Positions 6,546 to 15,420 of a stretch of DNA of 16,486 nt are shown here, piece after piece. The notes beneath the pieces were generated by a model. It made no database searches, was not told where the DNA came from, and saw only the letters and a program-made list of their open reading frames with translations. The DNA lies in NCBI GenBank assembly GCA_041489155.1, contig JBGPQP010000018.1:1-16486 (forward strand), read 5' to 3'. Position numbers and translations under genes: made by a program. The stretch comes from Candidatus Aenigmatarchaeota archaeon. GTDB taxonomy: Archaea > Aenigmatarchaeota > Aenigmatarchaeia > QMZP01 > QMZT01. Numbering within the stretch: position 1 is the stretch's first letter; every line of letters starts with the position of its first letter.

Positions 6546-7706
6546 TTACAAGCCCGCATCTTTTTTCAGCGCTTCGGCCTTGTCCGTCTTCTCCCACGTG
6601 AAATCAGGGTCGTTCCTGCCGAAGTGGCCGTAGCAGGTCGTTTTGCTGAATATCGGCCTTCGGAGCCTGAGCTCTTCTATCATGTGCGCTGGCCTGAAGT
6701 CGAAATGCTTTTTGACGATTTCAACTATCCTTTCGTCCGGTATCCTGCCAGTTCCCTCCGTATCCACGAATATCGATATCGGTTCGCTTCCGCCGATCGC
6801 GTAAGAAACCTGCACCTCGCACCTGTCGGCAAGGCCAGCTGCAACGATGTTTTTCGCCACGTATCTGGCATAGTACGCTGCTGTCCTGTCGACCTTCGTC
6901 GGGTCCTTGCCGGAGAAAGCGCCGCCTCCATGGCTGCCCATGCCGCCGTAGGTGTCGGCTATGATCTTCCTTCCCGTGCAGCCGGAATCGGCAACAGGGC
7001 CACCCATCACGAATCTTCCTGTGTTGTTTATGAAGTATTTTGTCCTTTCATCAACCAGCCTGCCGCAAACAGGTTTGATGACATGCTCCTTTATGTCCTT
7101 CCTCAGCTTTTCCAGATCGACATCAGGATCGTGCTGAGCTGCCACGACAACAGAATCGATCCTTTTCGGAACGCCTTTCTCATACTCGACCGTGACCTGG
7201 GTTTTGCCGTCCGGCCTGAGATATTTCAGGGTTCCGTTTTTCCTCACTTCAGCGAGTTTGAAGGCAATCTTATGCGCAAGGGCGATAGGCATCGGCATGA
7301 GTTCGGGCGTTTCCCTGCATGCGTAACCGACCATCATACCCTGATCCCCCGCGCCAACCTCTTTTTTCTCGCTCTTGTCAACACCCAAAGCTATGTCAGG
7401 GCTCTGCTCGTGTATCGAGACCAGAATGCCGACAGACTGATGGTCAAAGCCGTATTCGGGTTTTGTGTACCCAATGCGTTTAAGAACTGAGCGCACCACT
7501 CCCTGCACGTCAACATAAGTCTTTGTCGTTATTTCTCCTGTTACGACTATGAAACCCATTCCCGCCATCGTTTCACAGGCAACTCTCGCGGTAGGATCTT
7601 CCTTTATTATCGCGTCCAGGACCGCGTCCGAAATCTGGTCGCATACCTTGTCTGGATGACCCTCTGTCATCGCTTCTGACGTAAATAGAAACTTCCCGTT
7701 TTTCAT
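6546..7706 (-). CDS. metK: S-adenosylmethionine synthetase, bacterial/eukaryotic-type
   Basis: [80 protein letters not shown] upstream. Confidence 0.98.
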   Translation of the reverse strand: MKNGKFLFTSEAMTEGHPDKVCDQISDAVLDAIIKEDPTARVACETMAGMGFIVVTGEITTKTYVDVQGVVRSVLKRIGYTKPEYGFDHQSVGILVSIHEQSPDIALGVDKSEKKEVGAGDQGMMVGYACRETPELMPMPIALAHKIAFKLAEVRKNGTLKYLRPDGKTQVTVEYEKGVPKRIDSVVVAAQHDPDVDLEKLRKDIKEHVIKPVCGRLVDERTKYFINNTGRFVMGGPVADSGCTGRKIIADTYGGMGSHGGGAFSGKDPTKVDRTAAYYARYVAKNIVAAGLADRCEVQVSYAIGGSEPISIFVDTEGTGRIPDERIVEIVKKHFDFRPAHMIEELRLRRPIFSKTTCYGHFGRNDPDFTWEKTDKAEALKKDAGL

Positions 7707-7762
7707 TGAACCACCTCAAACATCTCCATATCGCTTCGGATTGTCGTTTCAATCTTTTAGTT

Positions 7763-7792
7763 AGACGAGTCTGCTTTATATAGATTTATATA
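7763..7792. promoter_or_regulatory. Divergent promoter region between metK and HTH-CBS gene
   Basis: TTTATATA occurs twice (7775-7782, 7785-7792), next to an inverted repeat AGAC-GA-GTCT (7763-7772). Confidence 0.5.
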
Positions 7793-7825
7793 TTCAGATG
7801 TTAAAAATTATAACTGGTGGGAATA

Positions 7826-8368
7826 ATGGAAGCGACGCTCATAACGGGTGAATACATCAAAAAATTGAGGATCGAAAGAGGCCTTTCCCAGACCGAACTC
7901 GCAAAATTCGCCGACGTGTCGCAGGCGCACGTGGCGAAAATCGAGGGTGGCAAAGTCGACCCGAGGCTTTCGACGGTGAACAAAATCCTTGTCGTGCTGC
8001 ACGAAAAGGAGAAGGTAAAGCAATGCTGCAGGGACGTCATGAGCAAGGTGATGTCGGTGAGGCCGGAAACGCCGGTCAAGAAGATAATAGCGATTATGCG
8101 CGCTTCAGGCTTTTCGCAGGTGCCGGTCATCGAAAGAGGGATACAGATAGGAGAAATCAGCGAGGAAACGCTGCTGCACAATATGGACAGGAAGCTTGAA
8201 AAGCTGCAGGCGAAGGACATTATCGACAGGCCTTTCCCCGTCGTCGATGCAGGCGATTCTACTGAAACCCTGCCGCAGCTCCTGGACGCGCATCCGGCGG
8301 TTCTGGTTGCTGAGAAGGGGAGAATCACCGGCATAATAACCAAATCGGATTTGCTGGGCCTGAAATAG
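7826..8368 (+). CDS. XRE-type HTH transcriptional regulator with tandem CBS domains
   Basis: IKKLRIERGLSQTELAKFADVSQAHVAKIEGGKVDPRLSTVNKI (HTH), DVMS...FSQVPVIE...IGEISE and GIITKSDLL (CBS pair). ATG 7826 is preceded by a GGTGG SD, so it is preferred over GTG 7817. Confidence 0.93.
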   Translation: MEATLITGEYIKKLRIERGLSQTELAKFADVSQAHVAKIEGGKVDPRLSTVNKILVVLHEKEKVKQCCRDVMSKVMSVRPETPVKKIIAIMRASGFSQVPVIERGIQIGEISEETLLHNMDRKLEKLQAKDIIDRPFPVVDAGDSTETLPQLLDAHPAVLVAEKGRITGIITKSDLLGLK

Positions 8369-8406
8369 CTTTTTTAAAATACCTTTCACATTATAAGCGC
8401 ATCGTT

Positions 8407-11244
8407 ATGGTATGGGAACTGTTCTCCAAGAAGCTGCAAGACCTCATAAAAGAGCGAAAGTTCGAAAGGCCAACCTCGATACAGCGCGAAGGCATACCGC
8501 CCATAATTAGAGGCGAGAACACGCTGCTGATCGCGCCGACCGGCGTGGGCAAAACCGAAAGCGTGCTGCTGCCAGTGTTCGATGAATTCGTCAGGAACAG
8601 GGAAGGCCTGAAGCCGATATCCATACTTTACATCACTCCGCTCAAGTCGCTTAACCGTGACCTGCTCAACCGCATACTCTGGTGGGCGGGCAGGCTGGAT
8701 TTCGAGGTGAGCGTGCGCCACGGAGACACGTCGCAATACGAGCGGAGCATGCAGGCTGCGAATCCGAGCGACATGTTCATAACGACGCCGGAAACGCTGC
8801 AGGCCATGCTCGTCGGCAGCAGGATGAGGGAACATCTCAGGAACATAAGATGGATAGTAATCGACGAGATCCACGAACTAGTCGGCAACAAGAGAGGCGT
8901 CCAGCTTTCCATCGGTCTCGAGCGCCTGAAGGAGATAATCAAGGAAAAACATAAAATCCAGCTCGTAGGCCTTTCCGCGACCGTCGGCACGCCTGACGCA
9001 GTAGCGAAATTCCTGACAGCCGGCAAGCCGTGCAAAATAATAAATACCATGGAAAGAGGCGAAATCGACATTCGCGTAGAATCGCCTAAACCTGAAAAGA
9101 CTGACAGCGAACTTTCAGAAAAGGCGATAGTCAGTCCGGAGACTTCGGCGAGGCTGCGCAGAATCGCCGATCTCATCGAGAAGAACAGGTCCGTCCTCGC
9201 GTTTACCAACACGCGCGAATTTTCCGAAGTCCTTTCTTCGCGGCTCAGACTGCTGAAGCCGTCGCTGCCTATCGAAACCCACCATTCCTCGCTTTCCAAG
9301 GAAGTGAGGATAGAAGCAGAGGACAAGTTCAAGCAGGAAAAAATCAAGGCACTCGTGTGCACCTCGAGCTTGGAGCTCGGGATAGACATAGGCTCGATAA
9401 ATCTTGTGCTGCAGTACATGTCGCCAAGACAGACATCCAAACTGCTCCAGCGCGTGGGACGCTCAGGGCATCGGGTATCAGAGATTTCGAGAGGCATTGT
9501 GATTTCGACTGACTCTGACGACTGCTTTGAAGCAAGCGTAATAGCGAGGCTGGCGAAGGAAAGAAACATAGAGCCGACAGAAGTTTACGGCAAATCCCTC
9601 GACGTCCTCGGCCACCAGATAGTCGGTCTCAGCCTCGAGGAATACAACATCCCCTTTGAAAAGGCCTATGATATAATCAGAAGGGCCTATCCTTTCAGCG
9701 GCCTTGAAAAAGACGAATTCTTCCAGGTGGCGAAGATGATGGAGAAGCTCGGCTTCATATGGGTAGGCTCGAAATTTCACGATACCATGCCACTGCGCAG
9801 GAGGAAGGGCGCGTGGCTTTACTACTACCAGAACCTTTCGACCATCCCTGACACGAAAAACTACAGGATCATCGACGTCGTGACCAACAAGCCCGTGGGA
9901 ACGCTCGACGAGGAGTTCGTCGCCCTGCACGGCAGGCCCGGTACGTCGTTCATCGTCAAGGGCCAGGCCTGGAGAATCATCGACGTGCAGGAGAAATCGA
10001 TATTAGTGGAGATGGAGGAAAACCCTGCGGCGGCGATACCTGCGTGGGAGGGCGAGCTCATACCAGTGCCTTTCGAGGTTTCGCAGGAGGTCGGGAAGCT
10101 CAGGAGGAAAATAGCAGAGATGTTTGCGAAAGGCGTGGGCAAAGAAGCGATGATTTCAAAACTCATCTCGGAGTATCCGATAACCAGGGACGTCGCTGTG
10201 AAGATGTTAAAGGAGATAGACAAGCAAGTGAAATACGGCTTCGTCCCTGATCATGAACGCATTCTCGTCGAATATTTCGAGGGTTTTGTCGTGATTCATG
10301 CGCCGTTCGGCTCGCTCGTCAACGAGACGATAGGACGAGTGTTGACGACGCTGCTGACAAACAAAATAGGTTCGGTAGGTCTCGAGGTCGACCCGTACAG
10401 GATCATGGTCAGACTCCCCGGCTACCAGTACCAGCAGGTCCTCGAAACGTTCAGAGGGATAGACCCGGAAACAATCCAGGGAATACTTGAAATCACGCTC
10501 CCCTCGAGCGAGCTTTTCGAGTGGAGATTCATCCACGTGGCGCAGAGGTTCGGGATAATCGGCCGCAACGCTGATTACGGGAAGGCATACATCAAGAAAA
10601 TAATCGACGTCTATTTCAAGACGCCCCCGTACCTCGAGGCTCTCAACGAGATATTCGAGGAGAAGCTCGACGTAGAAACCTCGAAGAATGTGGTTCGCGA
10701 CATCAGGTCAGGCAAGATAAGGCTAGAGTTCCGCGCAGGCCTCTCGCCGCTGGGCGACGCAGGCCTCACCAAGAAATACGAGATAGTCGCTCCCGAGAGG
10801 CCTGACAGGGAGATTTTCAAGGCCTTCGAGAAGCGCCTGATGGAAACGAAAATAGGCATGGTCTGCACGAACTGCGGCGAGATTTTCTTCCACAGCAGCG
10901 CCGGCAACATTCCTGAGAAAATCCAGTGCAGGAAATGCGGGGCGAAGCTTATAGGCTACGCCCCTTACATCTACACAACCGATGCTTCGAGGCTCGTTAA
11001 GCGCCACCTCGCCGGAGAAAAGCTCGGAAAAACCGATGAAAAACACCTCGAGTTCATAAATGATGCGGCGAGCCTGATACTGGCGCACGGGAAAGACGCT
11101 CTCCTTTGTCTCGCGGGCCGCGGCGTCGGCGTTAGGACCGCGTCAAGAATTCTCAGGAAGGGAGCGAAGGGCAACGACCTGCTTGCAGAGATTCTCGAGG
11201 CGGAGAAGCAGTTTGCAAAGACTAAAAGATTCTGGAAGAGGTAA
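8407..11244 (+). CDS. lhr: Lhr-family ATP-dependent SF2 helicase with C-terminal Cys4 motif
   Basis: APTGVGKT, YITPLKSLNRD, RHGDT, TTPETL, IDEIHE, LSATVG, HHSSLS, TSSLELGIDIG, QRVGRSGH, STIPD, IPAWEGE, and CTNC...CRKC near the C-terminus. Confidence 0.95.
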   Translation: MVWELFSKKLQDLIKERKFERPTSIQREGIPPIIRGENTLLIAPTGVGKTESVLLPVFDEFVRNREGLKPISILYITPLKSLNRDLLNRILWWAGRLDFEVSVRHGDTSQYERSMQAANPSDMFITTPETLQAMLVGSRMREHLRNIRWIVIDEIHELVGNKRGVQLSIGLERLKEIIKEKHKIQLVGLSATVGTPDAVAKFLTAGKPCKIINTMERGEIDIRVESPKPEKTDSELSEKAIVSPETSARLRRIADLIEKNRSVLAFTNTREFSEVLSSRLRLLKPSLPIETHHSSLSKEVRIEAEDKFKQEKIKALVCTSSLELGIDIGSINLVLQYMSPRQTSKLLQRVGRSGHRVSEISRGIVISTDSDDCFEASVIARLAKERNIEPTEVYGKSLDVLGHQIVGLSLEEYNIPFEKAYDIIRRAYPFSGLEKDEFFQVAKMMEKLGFIWVGSKFHDTMPLRRRKGAWLYYYQNLSTIPDTKNYRIIDVVTNKPVGTLDEEFVALHGRPGTSFIVKGQAWRIIDVQEKSILVEMEENPAAAIPAWEGELIPVPFEVSQEVGKLRRKIAEMFAKGVGKEAMISKLISEYPITRDVAVKMLKEIDKQVKYGFVPDHERILVEYFEGFVVIHAPFGSLVNETIGRVLTTLLTNKIGSVGLEVDPYRIMVRLPGYQYQQVLETFRGIDPETIQGILEITLPSSELFEWRFIHVAQRFGIIGRNADYGKAYIKKIIDVYFKTPPYLEALNEIFEEKLDVETSKNVVRDIRSGKIRLEFRAGLSPLGDAGLTKKYEIVAPERPDREIFKAFEKRLMETKIGMVCTNCGEIFFHSSAGNIPEKIQCRKCGAKLIGYAPYIYTTDASRLVKRHLAGEKLGKTDEKHLEFINDAASLILAHGKDALLCLAGRGVGVRTASRILRKGAKGNDLLAEILEAEKQFAKTKRFWKR

Positions 11245-11252
11245 AATTATTT

Positions 11253-12455
11253 TTAGCCGCCTTCCATAAGATCCTTCACGAACTTGTTTGCGTCAAACAA
11301 TTCGATGTCCTTGTATTCCTGTCCCTTGCCTATGTAAAGAATCGGTTTCTTCACCGCGAGACACGCTGAAAGCATGCCTCCGCCCTTCTCGTTGACATCG
11401 ACCTTCGTGAAAATCATGCAATCGACGCCGACCGCTTCGTCGAAGTTCTTGGCCTGCTCGACGAGATCGTTGCCTGCCAGCGAATCCATTACGAGAATCT
11501 TGAGGTCCGGCTTGTTGACCCGCACGACCTTTTTCAGTTCGTCCATCAGATTACGGTTGGCATGCGAGCGTCCTGCGGTGTCGGCGAGGACGAAATCAAT
11601 GCCCTTCGCCTTCGCATGCTCTATCGCATCGTACACGACCGCCGCCGAGTCCGCGCCGTACTCGTGCTTTATCACCTTTATGCCGAGCCTTTCGCCGTGG
11701 ACCTCGAGCTGCTCTATGGCGGCGGATCTCCACGTGTCCCCTGCCGCGAGGACGACCTGGAATTTCCTCTGCTTCAGGTACTGGCCGAGCTTCGCTATGC
11801 TCGTAGTCTTGCCTGAGCCGTTGAAGCCGAGGAAGACGATGCATATCGGTTTCTTTGCCTTCGCGAGTTTCTCGAGGTCGATCCTGCCTTGGTCGAAAAT
11901 CTCGAGCAGGATTTTTTCGAGCGTCGTTCTTATGTCTTTTTCTATCTCCCCTCTTTTCAGCTGCTTCCCGACCAGCAGTCTTTTCATCTCGGATTTTATG
12001 AAGTCGATTGTCTCGATGGCCATGTTGGCTTCCATCAGACCGAGTTCCATCTCTTCAAACAATGAATCGATATCATTTTCAGAAATCTTTCTCTCGAGGA
12101 CCTTGCCGGTCAGCCTGTCCATCAGGCCGGCCTTTTTCTCAACGGGTTTCTCCGCTGGCTTTTCGGTTTTTTCTACCTTATGGATTTCAGGCTCTTCGAC
12201 CTTCCTTTCAATTTTCGGCTCATGCCTAGGTTTTTCCGGCGGCTTAGCTTTTGGTTTTTCTTCTTTCTCAGATATTTTTACCGGCCTTTCAACCCTTTCC
12301 ACAAGTTTCTTTTCTTCCGGCTTCTTCTCTTCAAATCTGGCTTCGGGTTTTTCCATTCCACGTTCTAATGTTTGCGGAACCTCTTCCTTGCCTTTAATCC
12401 TTTCGCTAAGCTTCTCCACAGATTCGGATAGCTTCTTCTTCAGGAAACCAAACAT
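11253..12455 (-). CDS. ftsY: Signal recognition particle receptor FtsY
   Basis: MFGFLKKKL N-terminus (start moved from 12494 to ATG 12455), charged linker, GFNGSGKTTSIAKL, GDTWRSAAIEQL, DTAGR, TKVD, GKGQEYKD. Confidence 0.96.
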   Translation of the reverse strand: MFGFLKKKLSESVEKLSERIKGKEEVPQTLERGMEKPEARFEEKKPEEKKLVERVERPVKISEKEEKPKAKPPEKPRHEPKIERKVEEPEIHKVEKTEKPAEKPVEKKAGLMDRLTGKVLERKISENDIDSLFEEMELGLMEANMAIETIDFIKSEMKRLLVGKQLKRGEIEKDIRTTLEKILLEIFDQGRIDLEKLAKAKKPICIVFLGFNGSGKTTSIAKLGQYLKQRKFQVVLAAGDTWRSAAIEQLEVHGERLGIKVIKHEYGADSAAVVYDAIEHAKAKGIDFVLADTAGRSHANRNLMDELKKVVRVNKPDLKILVMDSLAGNDLVEQAKNFDEAVGVDCMIFTKVDVNEKGGGMLSACLAVKKPILYIGKGQEYKDIELFDANKFVKDLMEGG

Positions 12456-12481
12456 AATAACCCTTTTTGGATTGCTGGTTT

Positions 12482-12790
12482 TTAACCTTTCCATTCGTCT
12501 TTCTTTACCTTCGGCTTGACGCCTGAATGGTAGGCGGCCTTCGCTATCGCGTGCGTCCCCGCGGGCGAGGTCAAGAAGATGAAGATTATCAGGAACAGCG
12601 CCTTTACGAAGATGAAGGAAAAGAAGCTGTCAAGCATGACGCCTGCAAGAATCAGGCACGTCCCGCCCACGTTAACGACGGTCTGGGCGTGCGAGCGCGC
12701 ATAAACATCGGGGAAGCGAACCAGGCCTATAGCTCCTATTATCGAAAACATCCCTCCGAGCAGCATGAGCCAGATTCCAAACATAGTCAT
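12482..12790 (-). CDS. mnhG: Mrp/Mnh antiporter subunit G (MbhC/MbxC-like)
   Basis: GAIGLVRFPDVYARSHA and FIFLTSPAGTHAIAKAAY signatures; three hydrophobic helices. Confidence 0.92.
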   Translation of the reverse strand: MTMFGIWLMLLGGMFSIIGAIGLVRFPDVYARSHAQTVVNVGGTCLILAGVMLDSFFSFIFVKALFLIIFIFLTSPAGTHAIAKAAYHSGVKPKVKKDEWKG

Positions 12791-13047
12791 ACCTTAGTAT
12801 GCTTTTTTCCCATCAGGTATTTTGATACGGTGAGAGTGCTGAGGAATGATATCATCGCGTAGACAAGCGCCACATCAACGAACATGCTATTGTTGTAGAA
12901 CAACGCCAGCAGGACGATTATGGCTATGACCGCCGAGTTTATAGTGTCAGCGGCGAGAACCCTGTCAGGCGCGGTCGGGCCTTTGATCGCGCGTATCAGG
13001 CATATGAAAATCGCAATCACCAGCAGGAAGACGGCGTATTCTATCAT
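12787..13047 (-). CDS. mnhF: Mrp/Mnh antiporter subunit F (MbhB/MbxB-like)
   Basis: RAIKGPTAPDRVLAAD and DVALVYAMISFLSTLTVSKYL. Start moved to ATG 13047, just after the mnhE stop. 4-nt overlap with mnhG. Confidence 0.92.
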   Translation of the reverse strand: MIEYAVFLLVIAIFICLIRAIKGPTAPDRVLAADTINSAVIAIIVLLALFYNNSMFVDVALVYAMISFLSTLTVSKYLMGKKHTKV

Positions 13048-13048
13048 G

Positions 13049-13510
13049 TCAGTCCCATATCTTTGCAAGGAATTTGTCAAACACTCCTGCTATCTGGTTT
13101 TTGTCCTTGCCCATGTTGAGCCAGTGGACGTAAAGCTTCTCCGGCTCTGCCTCGAGTGTGAGCGTGCCAGGAGTCATGGTTATCGAATTGGAAAGCGCGG
13201 TTATGCCCCAGCTGTGCTTGTGAGGATGCCTGACTTCGACTATGCCGGGATTTATCTTCCCGGTTATAATTCTGTATGTGACGTCTGCGTTGCACAGCAC
13301 TTCCTGCCAGATGTAATACGGAATGTAGGCAAGAAAAATGAAGAAGCCCTTTATGTAGCCGCTTTTCGCCTGCCTCAAAAAGAAATAGCCGAAGACGCCT
13401 GCTATCACCGCCGATATCACGCCGCCTACCAGCAATTCGTCGTAGCCTGTCCCGTTAAGCAGTGTCCAGAAACACCATAGCAGCAAAAAGAGCAAAACCG
13501 AACCCTTCAT
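13049..13510 (-). CDS. mnhE: Mrp/Mnh antiporter subunit E (MbhA/MbxA-like)
   Basis: INPGIV...LSNSITMTPGTLT...LYVHW signature; N-terminal TM helices. Confidence 0.93.
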   Translation of the reverse strand: MKGSVLLFLLLWCFWTLLNGTGYDELLVGGVISAVIAGVFGYFFLRQAKSGYIKGFFIFLAYIPYYIWQEVLCNADVTYRIITGKINPGIVEVRHPHKHSWGITALSNSITMTPGTLTLEAEPEKLYVHWLNMGKDKNQIAGVFDKFLAKIWD

Positions 13511-13566
13511 ATAACTTAATTGTAAGGCTGATAATTAAACATTCGCCCGAGCCGCGATAACAAGAA

Positions 13567-14307
13567 TCAGTCTTTCTTTTCGTGGTGTTCGTGCTTTGCA
13601 TGGGCAGCGTGAGAAGCGTGGTGTTCTGCGTGCTCCTTGTGTTGTGCCGGATGCTCGGCAGCATGATGATGTTCAGTGGTCTCGTGGTGCTCTTCGTGCT
13701 TTACATGCTTCGCCTTTTCACCCTTGCGTTCGATGATTTTCTTTTTCGTTTCCTCGAAAATCACAGGCATATCCTTCGGCTCGGCTTTTTCCTTGAGATA
13801 GCCTGAGAAAATTTTCTTGTATTTCGCCGGGTTCTCGACCTTGAGCTTTTCTGCGTATTCGGCAATGTGCTTGCCGGAAAGCCTTCCGGGCTCCGGGAAA
13901 ATGTCCTCTGAGTGCGGAATTGCAAGTCCGCCGTCGACCGCTCCCTTCAGGGCCGAAAAAAGGCGGTTACCCGGTGTCGTCTGGTAAAGGCCTAGGTCGA
14001 GGACCGCTTCCTTTATCTTGTGCTGCTTCGCCCTCTCGGCGCAGAGCAGGCCGGTAAGGTATGCGGCAGGAAGGTTCGCTCCGTGGAAATTCCAGCCGAA
14101 ATTGCCCAGCTCTCTGGACTCGGCTGCAACCATGACCTTGTCGCCTTTCTCTTCATACCTGACGACCTGGCATGTGATGTTTCTTATCGATCGCCTCACA
14201 ACGAGCCTGGGAAGCCTTGATTTCAGGAGCTTCAATCTTACCCTGTAGTCCGTCCTGCCTTCCCTCTTCCTCCTGTGAGGCATCATCATCCTAGGCCTTC
14301 TTTTCAC
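13567..14307 (-). CDS. rpl18: 50S ribosomal protein uL18 (archaeal type) with His-rich C-terminal extension
   Basis: RRKREGRTDYRVRLKLL, RLVVRRS, NLPAAYLTGLL, AVLDLGL, LKGAVDGGLAIPH, GKHIAEYA. GTG 14307 (GGTG SD upstream) gives MKRRPRMMMPHRR, which aligns with the usual archaeal N-terminus. Overlaps the rpl19e end. Confidence 0.95.
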   Translation of the reverse strand: MKRRPRMMMPHRRKREGRTDYRVRLKLLKSRLPRLVVRRSIRNITCQVVRYEEKGDKVMVAAESRELGNFGWNFHGANLPAAYLTGLLCAERAKQHKIKEAVLDLGLYQTTPGNRLFSALKGAVDGGLAIPHSEDIFPEPGRLSGKHIAEYAEKLKVENPAKYKKIFSGYLKEKAEPKDMPVIFEETKKKIIERKGEKAKHVKHEEHHETTEHHHAAEHPAQHKEHAEHHASHAAHAKHEHHEKKD

Positions 14308-14764
14308 GTGCAGCACCCTTCCTTTCCTTTATTATCTCGTTGCTCTTCATGTAGTAAAGCAGGTGGTTCTTGTTCCTGAACGCACCGCCCTTGACCATGT
14401 AGTAAAGCTTCCTGTAATGCGCCAATTCGATTATATTGTCGTCCCTCATTTCCTTGAGCATGCGTCTCTGAGCGCGAACCCTGCCCATCCAGTGGTCTTT
14501 CGCCTTTTTCTTTGAGAACTTCCTGCCCTTCAAGCTTCCTTTCCCGACGCGCCTTCCCTTCTTCTTCTGGCTCAGGCGATAGCCGGAATACTGCCTGCTC
14601 GTTCCGCGCTTGTTAATTTTCGTTATCACCCCTTTCACTATCAGCCTGCGGATGTCGTTTCTCGTTATCGCCTCGTCGGCTTCCTTCTGGTCGATAATCC
14701 TTACCCTTGAAACGCCGACCTTCATTACCTTCGCTGCAAGCCTTTTCTGGGCGTTGGTATCCAT
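14291..14764 (-). CDS. rpl19e: 50S ribosomal protein eL19
   Basis: MDTNAQKRLAAKVMKVGVSRVRI, AITRNDIRRLI, KKGRRVGKGSLKG, WMGRVRAQRRML, YRKLYYMVKGGAF. True start is ATG 14764 (or 14770), not 14947. Confidence 0.96.
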   Translation of the reverse strand: MDTNAQKRLAAKVMKVGVSRVRIIDQKEADEAITRNDIRRLIVKGVITKINKRGTSRQYSGYRLSQKKKGRRVGKGSLKGRKFSKKKAKDHWMGRVRAQRRMLKEMRDDNIIELAHYRKLYYMVKGGAFRNKNHLLYYMKSNEIIKERKGAAREKKA

Positions 14765-14769
14765 AAGCA

Positions 14770-15420
14770 TCACTCGGAACCGAAGTCCTTGAAAGAATAT
14801 TTGAACTCGCTGTTCTCCTTTATCTTGTCCTGGGCCCTGAGGATTTCCCTCGTCAGTATCCAGTATATGAGGGCAATGGATTTCTTGCCGTTGTTGTTCG
14901 CCGGTATGACGAAATCGACATCGCTCGCGTCGTTGAACGTGTCGCACAGGGCGATTACCGGGATGCGCTTTTTCTTCGCTTCCGATATCGCCTGCCTGTC
15001 TATCAGCGGGTCCACGACAAAGATTACGTCAGGCTCGTAGAAGTCTCGGAAAGACGGGTTCGTCAGGGTTCCGGGAGGGAATCTTCCCACCATTGCCTTG
15101 CCTCCGATGATCTCCGTGAACTTCTCGGCCGGCATGACGCCGTTGCCCTTCCTCGAAATCGTCATTATCTTCTCGAACTGTGAAAGGAAATCTGCTGCTA
15201 TCCTTATCCGTTCGTCGACTTTCTGTATGTTGAAAACGGCCAGGCCGTCTTCCCTAATCTTATAAACGAACTGCTTCATGTACTTGGTGCAGGTCTTCAT
15301 GCCTATGTGGACACCGGACGTAAGGTATTCGGTCCTGTCCACGAGCATCGGGCTCTGACTAATCTGCTGACCTGTTCCAAGCTCCTCTTTCTGCGTCGTA
15401 ACCGTCATTCCAAACACCAT
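14770..15420 (-). CDS. rps2: 30S ribosomal protein uS2 (archaeal type)
   Basis: YLTSGVHIG, FVYKIREDGL, GRFPPGTLTNP, EPDVIFVVDP, IPVIALCDT, IPANNNGKKSIALIYWILTREIL. The start could also be ATG 15408 (GGTG SD upstream). Confidence 0.96.
   Translation of the reverse strand: MVFGMTVTTQKEELGTGQQISQSPMLVDRTEYLTSGVHIGMKTCTKYMKQFVYKIREDGLAVFNIQKVDERIRIAADFLSQFEKIMTISRKGNGVMPAEKFTEIIGGKAMVGRFPPGTLTNPSFRDFYEPDVIFVVDPLIDRQAISEAKKKRIPVIALCDTFNDASDVDFVIPANNNGKKSIALIYWILTREILRAQDKIKENSEFKYSFKDFGSE

Noticed and set aside
6624..7490. 288-aa + strand ORF
   Set aside because: Antisense to the unambiguous metK, with no recognisable motifs.
7707..7775. SAM riboswitch upstream of metK
   Set aside because: The leader is short and I cannot see SAM-I/II/III consensus elements, only small inverted repeats. 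An Rfam scan would settle it.
8628..9569. 313-aa minus-strand ORF and other ORFs inside lhr
   Set aside because: Antisense or out-of-frame shadows of a well-supported GC-rich gene.
12140..12400. EKP/EEK-rich low-complexity region in FtsY as a novel repeat
   Set aside because: Charged, variable N-terminal linkers are normal for FtsY.
11374..12519. 381-aa + strand ORF
   Set aside because: Codon-aligned antisense mirror of ftsY. The Ser/Phe-rich composition reflects ftsY Glu/Lys codons.
14765..14947. N-terminal extension of eL19 given by the ORF track
   Set aside because: It overlaps rps2 in another frame. Homology to eL19 begins at MDTNAQKRLAA.
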